A DNA stretch of 42,484 nt from Acidimicrobiia bacterium (GCA_040878325.1 JBBDMM010000004.1:62001-104484); one strand, 5' to 3'. Positions 17,769 through 27,338 are shown, counted from the first letter of the stretch. The notes: generated from the sequence alone by a model not told the origin. Numbers and translations: made by a program.

Positions 17769-18784
17769 TACGGCTCGATCACCACGCGGATGTCGTCGCC
17801 GAAGGCTTCGAGGCGATCCATGGCCTCGGTGACTGCGGCGGCGTCGAGGGGAATGCGGCGGGTGATGGCCTCCCCCAGTTCGAGCGTCCCGTTGTCGGCC
17901 ATCGTCAGCAGCTCGTCGATCTCGGTTGCGAGGTGATCGGCCGAGCCGCGTAAGTCGACCTCCCGTTTGACCAGATCTCGATAGGGGTCCAGGCCGAACT
18001 CCCGGTGCGTGATACCCACCGCGACGGCGCGCCCGGAGGGCGCCAAAGAGTCCAGGGCCGACTTCATCACCTCGGCGCTGCCCACCAGTTCGAGGGCGAC
18101 ATCCACCCCACCAGCGGCGAGCAGCGCGGCTACCGGGTCGGCGTTGCCGTCGACGGGTACGGCTCCGAGCGCGGCCGCCGCCTTGAGCTTGCGCGGGTTG
18201 ACGTCGACCGCGAAAACCTGCGACGCCCCCAGGATCTGCGCCAGTCGGATGGCCGACACTCCCAGCCCTCCCGCTCCAAAGATCGCCACGCTCGAGCCGG
18301 GCGCCACCTCACCCCGGCGGAGGGCGTGGAGGGCGGTCGCCGAGGAGCACATCATGATGGCCGCCACCGCCGTGTCGACACCGGCGGGCACCAGGTGGGC
18401 GTTGCGGGCCGGCACCGCGATCTGCTCGGAGTAGCCACCCTGGCGGTCGAGACCGATCATTTGCCCCACTTCGCAGAACTGTTCGGCGCCCCGCCGGCAC
18501 TGAGCGCAGGTTCCGCAGGTGACCAGGTAGTGGAGGCAGACCCGGTCTCCCACCGCCCGATCGGCCACCTCCACGCCCACATCGATGATCGTGCCCGCCA
18601 CCTCGTGACCCGGGACCAGCGGCAGCGACGGCACCGGTCGAGTCCCCGATCGATAGTGCACATCCGACCGACAGATCCCGGCAGCCTCCACCCGCACCAC
18701 CACATCTAACGCCCCGGGGATGAGGTCGGGCAGCTCGACATCCGACAGCGGGGCACCGTACGCGGTGATGGTGACGGCACGCAT
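17768..18784 (-). CDS. Zinc-dependent alcohol dehydrogenase (MDR family)
   Basis: GICRSD, PGHE, CGTCAQC...C, IFGAGGLG; TAGCCT-6 nt-ATG. Confidence 0.92.
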   Translation of the reverse strand: MRAVTITAYGAPLSDVELPDLIPGALDVVVRVEAAGICRSDVHYRSGTRPVPSLPLVPGHEVAGTIIDVGVEVADRAVGDRVCLHYLVTCGTCAQCRRGAEQFCEVGQMIGLDRQGGYSEQIAVPARNAHLVPAGVDTAVAAIMMCSSATALHALRRGEVAPGSSVAIFGAGGLGVSAIRLAQILGASQVFAVDVNPRKLKAAAALGAVPVDGNADPVAALLAAGGVDVALELVGSAEVMKSALDSLAPSGRAVAVGITHREFGLDPYRDLVKREVDLRGSADHLATEIDELLTMADNGTLELGEAITRRIPLDAAAVTEAMDRLEAFGDDIRVVIEP

Positions 18785-18869
18785 CAACCGAGGCTAGAAC
18801 AGCGATCGACCCGAGGTGCCGATGACATCGGGGGCGGCGCACTGCCGCCCCCGATGTCTCACCGTCGCG

Positions 18870-19463
18870 TCACGCCGGGGCGACGCCCGATCGCGTCAAT
18901 CTCCCTGCCTCCATAAGCACCCGAACCGACACGTAGACGCCAAGCAAGCTCACCAGATACATCGGTGGGAGCCAGAAGACCACGATCCCGGCGGCCACCG
19001 CCGGGAGGAGCCCGTAGACAAGTAGCCCGGCCGCGAGGCGCGGCCGGCTCCTCAGCAACCCAAGCCCCAGCACCAACGCGACCATCGCCGACGCGCTGAC
19101 CACGAGGGTCGCCACCGGGTCGCTGGCCCCGTGTGGGTCGTCTCCGGTGACCAGTCGGGCAATCGATAGGACCACCAGCAGCGCCTCGAGAGCCGCCACC
19201 AGGCCGATCGCCCACTTCCACCACTGTTGTTTGAAGTTCGCCACAACACTCTCCGTTCGCTCGGTGAGTGCGGTCCAAACGAGGTCACCGACTATGCCTC
19301 CCCAAAACCTGGCGAATCGGAGCATGTCGCCGCCGGGCCGCCCGTCGCGGTATCGGTCGGTGAACAACTGCACCATGTCGTCGCCGTACTCGTCGCGCAC
19401 CTCGGGGGGATACGCCTTGAGCAGAGCCTCGTAGAGCGTCACCGCTCGTGGGCTACTCCTCAC
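18870..19463 (-). CDS. PadR-associated membrane protein
   Basis: LYEALLKAYPPEVRDEYGDDMVQLF N-terminal motif typical of PadR partner proteins, followed by TM helices; GTGA overlap with padR. Confidence 0.75.
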   Translation of the reverse strand: MRSSPRAVTLYEALLKAYPPEVRDEYGDDMVQLFTDRYRDGRPGGDMLRFARFWGGIVGDLVWTALTERTESVVANFKQQWWKWAIGLVAALEALLVVLSIARLVTGDDPHGASDPVATLVVSASAMVALVLGLGLLRSRPRLAAGLLVYGLLPAVAAGIVVFWLPPMYLVSLLGVYVSVRVLMEAGRLTRSGVAPA

Positions 19464-19840
19464 TGCGCAGCCTCAGGCCGCGGACTAAAGGCGACCCGCT
19501 TCGCTGCGGCTGCCTTCACCATCGCCTCGAGCCGAGTCATCTCGGCACTGAGGACCCTTTCACCGAGGCCGGTGAGCCGGTAGTAACGCCGACGTTGGTC
19601 GTCCAATTCGGGGTCGGGGCGGTTCTCGGTCTCCTCGACGAGGCCCGCACCCAGCATCCTCTTGATCGAGCCGTAGAGCGTGCCAGGGCCCATCGTCAGA
19701 GTCCCGTCTGACAGGTTCTCGACTTCGCGCATGATGGCGTAGCCGTGCTTCTCGCCGTCCGCCAGCGCCAGCAATATGTGCGACGCCGCCGGGGTGAGCG
19801 GAAGATGTCCGTCGGGGCTCTGGGCCTGTGCACTACTCAC
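19460..19840 (-). CDS. PadR-family transcriptional regulator
   Basis: ILLALADGEKHGYAIM, GPGTLYGSIKRM, RRRYYRLTGLG. Confidence 0.93.
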   Translation of the reverse strand: MSSAQAQSPDGHLPLTPAASHILLALADGEKHGYAIMREVENLSDGTLTMGPGTLYGSIKRMLGAGLVEETENRPDPELDDQRRRYYRLTGLGERVLSAEMTRLEAMVKAAAAKRVAFSPRPEAAQ

Positions 19841-19858
19841 GTCATCGATCCTTTCTGG

Positions 19859-19913
19859 ATACCGTGCGCACGGTATGTCCGGGGACGATATATCCGTCCT
19901 CGATATATGTCAA
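19859..19913 (-). promoter_or_regulatory. padR promoter with overlapping operator and a leader palindrome
   Basis: Minus strand TTGACA (19913-19908)-17 nt-TATCGT (19890-19885). Inverted repeat ATATATC-N7-GATATAT at 19888-19908; perfect 18-bp palindrome ATACCGTGCGCACGGTAT at 19859-19876. Confidence 0.75.
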
Positions 19914-19962
19914 GGGACCGACAGGACTCGATCTCCTCCGCGGCCGGTACGCTTGTCCCCTC

Positions 19963-20193
19963 ATGCACGAACGATTCTCAGACCTGCTTGCAGCCGCCAA
20001 TGAGCGGACGGTCACCGTCCGTGCCGCCGACGGCCGCCCCATGGTGAAGGCCAAGCTGTTGCACGCGGTGATCGCCGCCGCTGCCGGCATCGTGATCGCG
20101 CCCCGTCTCGCCGCCGCAGCCGCCGTCGGTGCACTGTTCAAGGGCCTCACCGTGTCGGTGGAGGGCACCGGCGAGGAATCCGCCGCCGCCTGA
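19963..20193 (+). CDS. Small DUF4342-like membrane-associated protein
   Basis: MHERFSDLLAAANERTVTVRAADGRPMV...IAPRLAAAAAVGAL...TVSVE resembles the DUF4342 pattern; start trimmed to ATG 19963. Confidence 0.65.
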   Translation: MHERFSDLLAAANERTVTVRAADGRPMVKAKLLHAVIAAAAGIVIAPRLAAAAAVGALFKGLTVSVEGTGEESAAA

Positions 20194-20205
20194 TCATCAG
20201 GCCGA

Positions 20206-21462
20206 TCAGCCGTGCCGCTCCACCAGCAGGCTCGATACGAACAGCGTCTGTGCAGCCAGCGCGAATACCCCGGCACCGGCCAGCCCCACCTCGGCTGGAA
20301 TCGTCATGGTCACCGGGAGGATCGCCCCCACCACCCACGCGAGCTGGAACAGCGTCTCCGACCGGGTGAAGGCGCTTCCCCGCTTGTCGGGATGAACCGT
20401 CGCCTGCAGGAGCCCGTCGAAGGCGAACTTGGCGGTGCCCCACGCCAGCCCGGCGGCGGCCGCGAGCGCCGCCGCCGCCGCCAGACCGAAGAATTGGCCG
20501 GCGATGAACGCCGCGGCTGCCTCTAGGGCCAGCGCCGCCACCACCATCGGCTCCTCCCGGAGCAGCCTCTCGAGCAGCGGACTGATGATCGATGCCAGGC
20601 CGTACCCCACTCCGCCGGCGGCGATCAGCGCTCCGAAGTCGAGCGCTCCGGCTTCGGCGTCACGGAATTCGAAGGCGAGCAACAGAAGCAAGAACCCGTT
20701 GAGGAACCTGGCCCCTGCCGTCGCAAGACGCGCCAGACGCAGGTTCCGCGGGGGCAGCACGGGATAGCTATCGGCATCGGTGCCCACGTCCATGTCCTCG
20801 ACGCTCCGGGGATGGGGGAGGCCCATGCAGGTGAAGGTTGTCCCGACGAAGAACACCGCCGCCACGGCCAGCGCAATCGCCGGATCGACTTGTACCGCCA
20901 GAGCGCCGATCGGTAGAACCACCGCACCCGCGAGGATCCCGATACGGGCAAGGGCGGCGTTGGCGCTGACGAGCGCGACGGGAGCGGGCAGTGCCACCGG
21001 GAGCATGCTCGACTTGGTGATCCCGAACAGCCTCGAAAGCACGAGCATCCCGAACGCCAGCGGATACAACCAGATGGTGGTCAGCCCGAACATCATCACC
21101 ACCGCCAGCACCGCCCGAGCAAGGGCCGAGAGGGTCAGCGCTGCCCGGTAGACCCCGCGGAACCTGGCAAAGATCCCGCCCATCACCGGTGCGATCACCG
21201 CGAACGGGGCGAGGGTGAGGGCAAGGTAGAGGGCGACGTTCCCTCGGGCGTCGGCGGAGGGCACTCCGAAGAACAGTGTCTGAGCGAGGGCGATGGTGAC
21301 GAGTGTGTCGCCGGCGGTGCTGGTCGCCCACGACACCGCCAACTGCTTGAAAGCCGGCCCGTTCTTGCCAAACATGGCGTCGACCCGCCGGATCGCCGAA
21401 CGCGCGGTCCGGCGGGCGATTCCCCGCCGCCGCACCACGGGGTCGAACTGGTCGCTCACCAT
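20206..21462 (-). CDS. MFS transporter
   Basis: About 12 TM segments with GDTLVTIALAQTLFF and LAPFAVIAP. Start is ATG 21462 or GTG 21459 (TACCTT 7 nt upstream of the GTG). Confidence 0.85.
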   Translation of the reverse strand: MVSDQFDPVVRRRGIARRTARSAIRRVDAMFGKNGPAFKQLAVSWATSTAGDTLVTIALAQTLFFGVPSADARGNVALYLALTLAPFAVIAPVMGGIFARFRGVYRAALTLSALARAVLAVVMMFGLTTIWLYPLAFGMLVLSRLFGITKSSMLPVALPAPVALVSANAALARIGILAGAVVLPIGALAVQVDPAIALAVAAVFFVGTTFTCMGLPHPRSVEDMDVGTDADSYPVLPPRNLRLARLATAGARFLNGFLLLLLAFEFRDAEAGALDFGALIAAGGVGYGLASIISPLLERLLREEPMVVAALALEAAAAFIAGQFFGLAAAAALAAAAGLAWGTAKFAFDGLLQATVHPDKRGSAFTRSETLFQLAWVVGAILPVTMTIPAEVGLAGAGVFALAAQTLFVSSLLVERHG

Positions 21463-21496
21463 CGTGAAGGTAGTCAACAAAGCCGACGGCCAACGC

Positions 21497-22822
21497 TCAG
21501 AGAACGGTTGTCGCCAGCTCCGCCAGGGGGCTGCGGACCGTTCGCTCGAGGGTGACATGCCCGAAGAGGTGATTGCCCTTCATCTTCTCGATCATCGCCG
21601 CTGCCCCGCCGAACGGGGACACATACGGGTTGTCGATCTGAGTGAAATCCCCACAGAACACCACCTTGGCGTCGGGACCGATCCGGGTGAGGATCACCTT
21701 GAGAGTCGGCAACTCGAGGTTCTGGGCCTCGTCGATGATCACGAATTCACCGGTGATCGAGCGCCCTCGCAGATAGGTGATCGCCGCCAGTTCGAGCGCA
21801 TCGCGATCCACCAGCTCCTCGAGGGCCTGGCGAGGGGCGCCGGGACCTCCGTCCGAGAACAGCGCGTAGAGATTGTCGTGGACGGCCGCCATCCACGGAG
21901 CCAGCTTCTCGTCGAGGTCGCCGGGCAGGTAACCGATCTCCTGGCGTCCCACCGCGATCAGCGGCCGGTAGACCGACACCTTGCGGTACCGCCCGGCCTC
22001 GAGCACTTGCTCCAGGCCGGCGGCGAGTGCCAGGAACGTCTTGCCGGTTCCGGGGGCTCCCATCAGCGAGACCGCGGGGATGTCCGGATTGAGCAGCAAC
22101 TCGAGGGCGAAGGCCTGGCGAACGTTCTTCGATTCGATCCCGAATACCCGGCGGTTCCCCGGCACCCTCACCGCCACGGGTATCGGCTCGACCTCGACCA
22201 CCTGACCGACCGCCGACTGTGAAGCCGGGGCGCGCAGCACCACGAACTGGTTGAGCAGCAAATCGGGATGTTCGAGACGGATCTTGCCGTCGGCGTAGAA
22301 GCGATCGACAGTGGCGGAGTCGACCGTGATCTCGGTGACACCGGTGTAGTACTCGTCCACTGCGACGACGTCTGCCCGGTAATCCTGCACCGCGACGCCC
22401 AACTGGGCGCCCTTGATCCGCAGGGCGACATCTTTGGTGACCAGGACGGCCGGAACGCCGTTCGTCTCGAGTTCCAGGCAGGTGGAGAGGATCCGATGGT
22501 CGGGTGTCTTCGGGTCCAGCACCTCGGGCAGGCGGCGCGAGTTGACCCCGTTCAATTCGATTCGCAAGGTTCCGCCGGACGGAAGCGCCACCGGCTGGGA
22601 CAGCCCCCCCGCCTCGGAGGCGCCGCACTCTTCGAGCAGCCTGATGGCGCGGCGGGCGTTGGACCCCACCTCGTCCATCAGCGTCTTCTTGCGGTCCAGC
22701 TCCTCGATCACCACCAGGGGAAGCACCACATCGTGCTCGTCGAACCGCAAGATGGCGGACGGGTCAGCCAGCAAGACGCATGTGTCGATCACGTAGGTTC
22801 GCTGCGATCCCCGTTCCGGCAC
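21497..22822 (-). CDS. phoH2: PIN-PhoH protein (PhoH2-type RNase/helicase)
   Basis: N-terminal PIN YVIDTCVLL...VIEELD...DHRIL...TKD, plus PhoH GAPGTGKT, YLPG, RGRS, DEAQN. Start uncertain (GTG 22822). Confidence 0.9.
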   Translation of the reverse strand: MPERGSQRTYVIDTCVLLADPSAILRFDEHDVVLPLVVIEELDRKKTLMDEVGSNARRAIRLLEECGASEAGGLSQPVALPSGGTLRIELNGVNSRRLPEVLDPKTPDHRILSTCLELETNGVPAVLVTKDVALRIKGAQLGVAVQDYRADVVAVDEYYTGVTEITVDSATVDRFYADGKIRLEHPDLLLNQFVVLRAPASQSAVGQVVEVEPIPVAVRVPGNRRVFGIESKNVRQAFALELLLNPDIPAVSLMGAPGTGKTFLALAAGLEQVLEAGRYRKVSVYRPLIAVGRQEIGYLPGDLDEKLAPWMAAVHDNLYALFSDGGPGAPRQALEELVDRDALELAAITYLRGRSITGEFVIIDEAQNLELPTLKVILTRIGPDAKVVFCGDFTQIDNPYVSPFGGAAAMIEKMKGNHLFGHVTLERTVRSPLAELATTVL

Positions 22823-22901
22823 AGGCGCCAGGCTTGCCGGTTCCGGGCTCAGGGTCAAGGATTGTCGTGCAGCACCGCCCACCGCTCGTTACGGTGCGCG
22901 G

Positions 22902-23906
22902 ATGCGAGTGAGTGTCATCGGGGCGGGATCGTGGGGCACCGCCGTGGCCGCCCTCGCCGCCGCGACCACCGACACTGTCCTTTGGGCCCGTCGCGAAGAC
23001 CTCGCCGCTCGCATCCAGCACGAACGGGTCAACCCCGACTACCTGGCCGACACCGTGTTGCCCGACCGGCTGCGGGCGACCAGCGACCTGGAGGACGCCC
23101 TCACCGGCAGCGAGATGGTGATCATGGCGGTGCCGTCGCACGGGTTCCGCGACGTCCTCGTCTCCGCCGGCGACGCGGCTCCGCGAGACGTACCGATCTT
23201 CAGCCTCACCAAGGGCATCGAGACCGGAACCCTGAATCGCATGACCGAGGTGGTTCTCGACGTGCTCGATGTAGATCCGAGTTCCGTCGGCGTCCTCACC
23301 GGCCCCAACCTGGCTCGCGAGATAGCCGCCGGCCAACCGGCCGCGGCAGTAGTCGGCATGCCTGACGAAACGGTGGGAGCCAGGCTGCAGGCACTGCTCA
23401 TGGGTCCGACATTTCGGGTCTACACCAACCCCGACGTGATCGGATGCGAGTCCGCAGGCGCCCTCAAGAATGTGATGGCGATCGCCGCCGGAATGGCTCA
23501 CGGCCTTGGCTATGGAGACAACTCGATGGCGGCGCTGGTGACCCGGGCGCTGGCAGAACTGACTCGTCTCGGCATTGCCATGGGCGGCCAACCCCTCACC
23601 TTCGCCGGGCTCGCCGGCATGGGCGACCTCGTGGCTACCTGCTTCAGTGCCCAGAGCCGCAACCGCACCGTGGGGGTCGAGCTCGGCCGGGGGCGCTCGT
23701 TGCGCGAGATCACCGAGGAGATGCGGATGGTGGCGGAAGGGGTGAAGACCACCGAAGCAGTGCTCGCCCTCGCCGAGCGGCATCAGATCGAGATGCCGAT
23801 CGCCAAGGCCGTGGGTGGGGTGCTCTATGACGGGCTCAAGCCGGCCGACATGGTCCGGGCGCTGATGACCCGTGGCGCGAAGTCGGAGTTACACGGCCTG
23901 TCCTAG
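22902..23906 (+). CDS. gpsA: NAD(P)H-dependent glycerol-3-phosphate dehydrogenase
   Basis: IGAGSWGTA, AVPS, TKGIE, GPNLA, GALKNVMAIA, GMGDL, SRN, VAEG. Confidence 0.96.
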   Translation: MRVSVIGAGSWGTAVAALAAATTDTVLWARREDLAARIQHERVNPDYLADTVLPDRLRATSDLEDALTGSEMVIMAVPSHGFRDVLVSAGDAAPRDVPIFSLTKGIETGTLNRMTEVVLDVLDVDPSSVGVLTGPNLAREIAAGQPAAAVVGMPDETVGARLQALLMGPTFRVYTNPDVIGCESAGALKNVMAIAAGMAHGLGYGDNSMAALVTRALAELTRLGIAMGGQPLTFAGLAGMGDLVATCFSAQSRNRTVGVELGRGRSLREITEEMRMVAEGVKTTEAVLALAERHQIEMPIAKAVGGVLYDGLKPADMVRALMTRGAKSELHGLS

Positions 23907-23936
23907 TGCCCGATCCGGCACGAATCTCGCTAGCGC

Positions 23937-24022
23937 GTGGGGGCGAGCGAATGTCCTCGCACCGGGATCAGGTCTCGACCTCGACCTGATGAAGCCCGCG
24001 ACTAGTTCGCTCACCCCCCTAC
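23937..24022. repeat. GTAG-type REP doublet (REPIN-like), copy 1
   Basis: GTGG...CTAC ends enclosing a long hairpin; shares CCGGGATCAGGTCTCG, GACCTGATGA and TTCGCTCACCCCC with 37655-37752. Confidence 0.75.
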
Positions 24023-24066
24023 GGTGGGTTCAAGTTTCGGCCAACCAACTGCCGATGGGACCAGCC

Positions 24067-25140
24067 ATGACACGTCGGCAGCCGTTGAATCGAATCGCGC
24101 TCGGGGCCTCGCTATTGGCCGTCGCCCTGGCCGTGACCCCGATCGCCGCGGCCCACCACTCCCCTCCCTACGCCGACGGCGACGAACACGTATTCGGAGA
24201 GATGGTCGACTATCCCCTGGCGTTCCCCGTCGAGGGGAACCCGTTCTTCAACGACACCTTCTACTCGGCGCGCGGCGGCAACACGATCCATCACGCCCAG
24301 GACCTCATGGCGCCCAAGATGACTCCGGTCTACGCCGCGGCCTCCGGCACGGTCAAGTACGTCAACTGGTCGCGTGACGAGATCCCCCCACCCGATCGTT
24401 GCTGCACCCTCGCCCTCGACCACGATGACGGCTGGGAGTCGTGGTACATCCACCTCAACAACGACACCCCGGGCACCGATGACGGGAACGGTTGGGGAGT
24501 CGCTCCCGGTATCCTCCCCGGCGTCCACGTCCATGCCGGCCAGCTCATCGGATGGGTGGGCGACTCGGGCAACGCCGAAGGCACTTCACCGCATCTCCAC
24601 TTCGAGCTCAAGGACCCTCAAGGAATTCTCGTGAATCCATATGAAGCCCTCATCGCCGCGCGATCGAATCCGACACCGACCCGATGCGACGGCCTGCTGC
24701 CGACGCTCACGGTGACGCCTGGAGTGCCGCTCCAGGGGACGGATGGCGACGACGTGATCCTCGGCACCAACGGCAACGATGTGATCTACGCCGGCGCAGG
24801 TGACGACGTCGTCTGCGCTCTCGATGGGACCGACTACGTCAACGGGGGGGCAGGCAATGACCGCCTGTTCGGTGGAGATGGCAAGGACACCATCCTCGGC
24901 GGCAAGGGGCCCGACCGGATCTTCCCCGGCAAGGGACGGGACCGGGTGAAGGCGGGCTCCGATGACGACACCATCACGGTGGAGGGCAGCCGCAACAAGA
25001 TCAGGGGAGGGCCGGGCAATGACCGGGTCGACTACTCGATTGCCCGTGGCAGCATCACCGTCGATCTTGCTACGGGAGTGGCCAGCAACGGAGATCGGCT
25101 GTTCGCCATCGAAAGTGTGACCGGCGCCATCATCAAATGA
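24067..25140 (+). CDS. Secreted M23 peptidase with RTX-like Ca-binding nonapeptide repeats
   Basis: Signal peptide, HHAQD, YIHL, PHLHFE, then about 11 GGxGxD-type nonamers. Confidence 0.88.
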   Translation: MTRRQPLNRIALGASLLAVALAVTPIAAAHHSPPYADGDEHVFGEMVDYPLAFPVEGNPFFNDTFYSARGGNTIHHAQDLMAPKMTPVYAAASGTVKYVNWSRDEIPPPDRCCTLALDHDDGWESWYIHLNNDTPGTDDGNGWGVAPGILPGVHVHAGQLIGWVGDSGNAEGTSPHLHFELKDPQGILVNPYEALIAARSNPTPTRCDGLLPTLTVTPGVPLQGTDGDDVILGTNGNDVIYAGAGDDVVCALDGTDYVNGGAGNDRLFGGDGKDTILGGKGPDRIFPGKGRDRVKAGSDDDTITVEGSRNKIRGGPGNDRVDYSIARGSITVDLATGVASNGDRLFAIESVTGAIIK

Positions 25141-25161
25141 CGGCTTCCCGAGCCGCACCCC

Positions 25162-26190
25162 CTAGAGCAAATCGATCGCGGCCTCGGCCATAGGGGGAAC
25201 CAGTTCTCCCAGACCCTCGAACCGGCCGTCCTTCGTCTGCCCCCGAACCCAGCGGATGTGGATCTGCTGAACGATGACCGCGATGCGGAACAGCCCCAAG
25301 GCGCGGTACCAGTCGATCCCTGCCAGGTCGAAGCCGGTGGCATCGGCATAGCGTTCGATGATGTCCGGCGGCCCGAAGGCGTCGCCCAGCACCACCGAAT
25401 CAGCCGCCGCGAACGATCCCAGTCCGCCACCTGACCAATAGGCCAAGGTGGTGCCCACGTCGACGAGAGGGTCCCCGGTCGTCGACATGTCCCAGTCGAA
25501 TACGGCCACGATCGACCCACCGTCATCGATCATCGTGTTGTCGAGCTTGAAATCGTTGTGGAGCAAGGTCGCCGCCTGCGGTGTCGGGACCGCCGCAGCC
25601 AGCCGACGGGCGACCTCTTCCATCGCTGGTAGGTCACGGTCCTTGGCGCGCTCCCAGCGGCCCGACCACCCTGCCACCTGGCGTTCGACGAACCCGTCGG
25701 GCCGTCCTAGATCGCCCAAACCCAGCGCCTCGTGATCGACCAGATGGAGTTCGGCGAGTGCGTCGACCAATTTGGTCCCGACCTGGTGGCGGAAGGCATC
25801 GTCCACCTCGAGCCCGGGCGGCCACGACTCGCGAACCACATGGCCGTGACGCCGCTCCATCACGAAGAACGGGGCCCCCATGATCGCGGCGTCCTCGCAG
25901 AGGACGAATGCTCGAGGTGCCTTCGGGTAGCTGCGGTGGAGCACCGAAAGCACCCGAAACTCGCGGGCCATGTCGTGGGCTCCGGAAGCCAGCGGGCCTA
26001 GCGGAGGTCGCCGCAGCACCAGTTCGGTGGTCCCGGCACGCGCCAGATATGTGAGGTTGGCCTTCCCCCCCGGGAACTGTTCGAACGCCAACGGAAGATC
26101 ACCAATCGCCTCCGGCATCTCTGCTCTGAGGAACGCCTCCACCCGCACTTCGTCGAACCGCTCGTCGGGCCGGATTGGTGCGGTGTCCAC
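25162..26190 (-). CDS. Phosphotransferase family protein (APH / ACAD10-like)
   Basis: GGKANLTY, LRRPP, AHDMARE, LHNDFKLDN, FDWDMSTTGDPL; GTG overlaps the lgt stop. Confidence 0.9.
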   Translation of the reverse strand: MDTAPIRPDERFDEVRVEAFLRAEMPEAIGDLPLAFEQFPGGKANLTYLARAGTTELVLRRPPLGPLASGAHDMAREFRVLSVLHRSYPKAPRAFVLCEDAAIMGAPFFVMERRHGHVVRESWPPGLEVDDAFRHQVGTKLVDALAELHLVDHEALGLGDLGRPDGFVERQVAGWSGRWERAKDRDLPAMEEVARRLAAAVPTPQAATLLHNDFKLDNTMIDDGGSIVAVFDWDMSTTGDPLVDVGTTLAYWSGGGLGSFAAADSVVLGDAFGPPDIIERYADATGFDLAGIDWYRALGLFRIAVIVQQIHIRWVRGQTKDGRFEGLGELVPPMAEAAIDLL

Positions 26191-27077
26191 TATTCGGAGG
26201 AGATGACCGCACCCCGAGCCGCGTCTTCCTCGGACGACACGACCGGGGTCTGCTTGCGGATGATGATCCAGAGAAAGACCGCCGTCGCCAGCAACCCGAC
26301 GGTGAGCCCGGTCCACTGGTTCCAGGTGAACGGACCCGCGGTGGCGTCCGCATTGGGCAGGTCGTTGTTTCTGGTGACGTCGATCAGGAAACGCTGGAAT
26401 CCGTACCAGGCAGCCCACATGAAGATGAGGGCGCCGTAGCGGATGTTGGTCCACCGCCGCGCAACGAGATAAAGCAGCCCCAACAGCACGCCCGCTCCGA
26501 GCATGTCGTATAACCCGGCGTGGTGGTACGGGCCGCACTCGCCGGCCGTCTCACAAAGCCGCTCGAGCGCGTCGTGCTGGGGGGCGACGTCGTAGCCCGG
26601 CTTGAGCAGGTAGCCGAGGAAGAAGTTCGTCCTGGCGCCGAGGTGCTCCACGATGAAGAGGTCGCCGATGCGGCCGACGACGGTGCCGATCGCCAGGCCG
26701 ACCGCCGCCAGGTCCATGTGGACCAGCACGTTGAGGCCCAGCATCCGCATCCGCCAGGCTCCGACCAGGATGCCGCCGGCGAAGCCGCCCATGATCGAAA
26801 AGCTCTTGAAGGGCTGGAGCGCTTCGATCAGGCCTTCATCGAGGTGAGCCGGGACGGTGAAGAGCCGCGCCCCGAGGATCGACCCGACCAACGCCCAGGT
26901 GAGCACCGAGGTGATCTTCACCTCGTCGAATCCCCGCCGCCGGGCCTCCCGGAGCATGAGGATCGCCCCCACCACGAACCCGACGCCCGCCATCAGCCCA
27001 TGCAGCGACAACCGAAACGGCCCCACGTGGAAGATCGGAATCGGCGGATAGGAGATCGAAGCGACCAACGAGACCAT
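26190..27077 (-). CDS. lgt: Prolipoprotein diacylglyceryl transferase
   Basis: HGLM, ILGARL, GRIGD, EHLG, YGFQRFLID; TAATCT-7 nt-ATG. Confidence 0.85.
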   Translation of the reverse strand: MVSLVASISYPPIPIFHVGPFRLSLHGLMAGVGFVVGAILMLREARRRGFDEVKITSVLTWALVGSILGARLFTVPAHLDEGLIEALQPFKSFSIMGGFAGGILVGAWRMRMLGLNVLVHMDLAAVGLAIGTVVGRIGDLFIVEHLGARTNFFLGYLLKPGYDVAPQHDALERLCETAGECGPYHHAGLYDMLGAGVLLGLLYLVARRWTNIRYGALIFMWAAWYGFQRFLIDVTRNNDLPNADATAGPFTWNQWTGLTVGLLATAVFLWIIIRKQTPVVSSEEDAARGAVISSE

Positions 27078-27090
27078 GGCGGGCAGATTA

Positions 27091-27128
27091 CCCGCTGCCC
27101 GCTACCCGCTTCCCGCTGCCGGCAAGAG
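27091..27128 (+). repeat. Heptamer array (CCCGCTN)x4 ending in GCAAGAG
   Basis: cccgctg cccgcta cccgctt cccgctg at 27091-27118, directly abutting the lgt -10 element. Confidence 0.85.
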
Positions 27129-27157
27129 GGCGTCACAGTGGCGCGGGCTCCCAACGC

Positions 27158-27184
27158 AAAGAGCCGGCCCTGGTGGGCCGGCTC
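27158..27184 (-). terminator. Intrinsic terminator of the small gene at 27203-27286
   Basis: 10-bp stem GAGCCGGCCC-4 nt-GGGCCGGCTC followed by TTT on the minus strand. Confidence 0.7.
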
Positions 27185-27202
27185 CTGGTCGGTGTTGGTC
27201 TG

Positions 27203-27286
27203 TCAGTTCGTTTGCGATTGCGAGATCTGCCGGGCGATGAGCACGCCCACCGCCACGACGATCAGCAGGACTATCAACTTCTTCAA
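27203..27286 (-). CDS. 27-aa single-TM microprotein
   Basis: MKKLIVLLIVVAVGVLIARQISQSQTN; TTG start, SD AAGGGGGTG, upstream TACGAT -10, downstream terminator. Confidence 0.7.
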   Translation of the reverse strand: MKKLIVLLIVVAVGVLIARQISQSQTN

Positions 27287-27338
27287 GCTCTCACCCCCTT
27301 TGTACTGGGATCGTATCGCGCCCCAGGAGACACTTATA

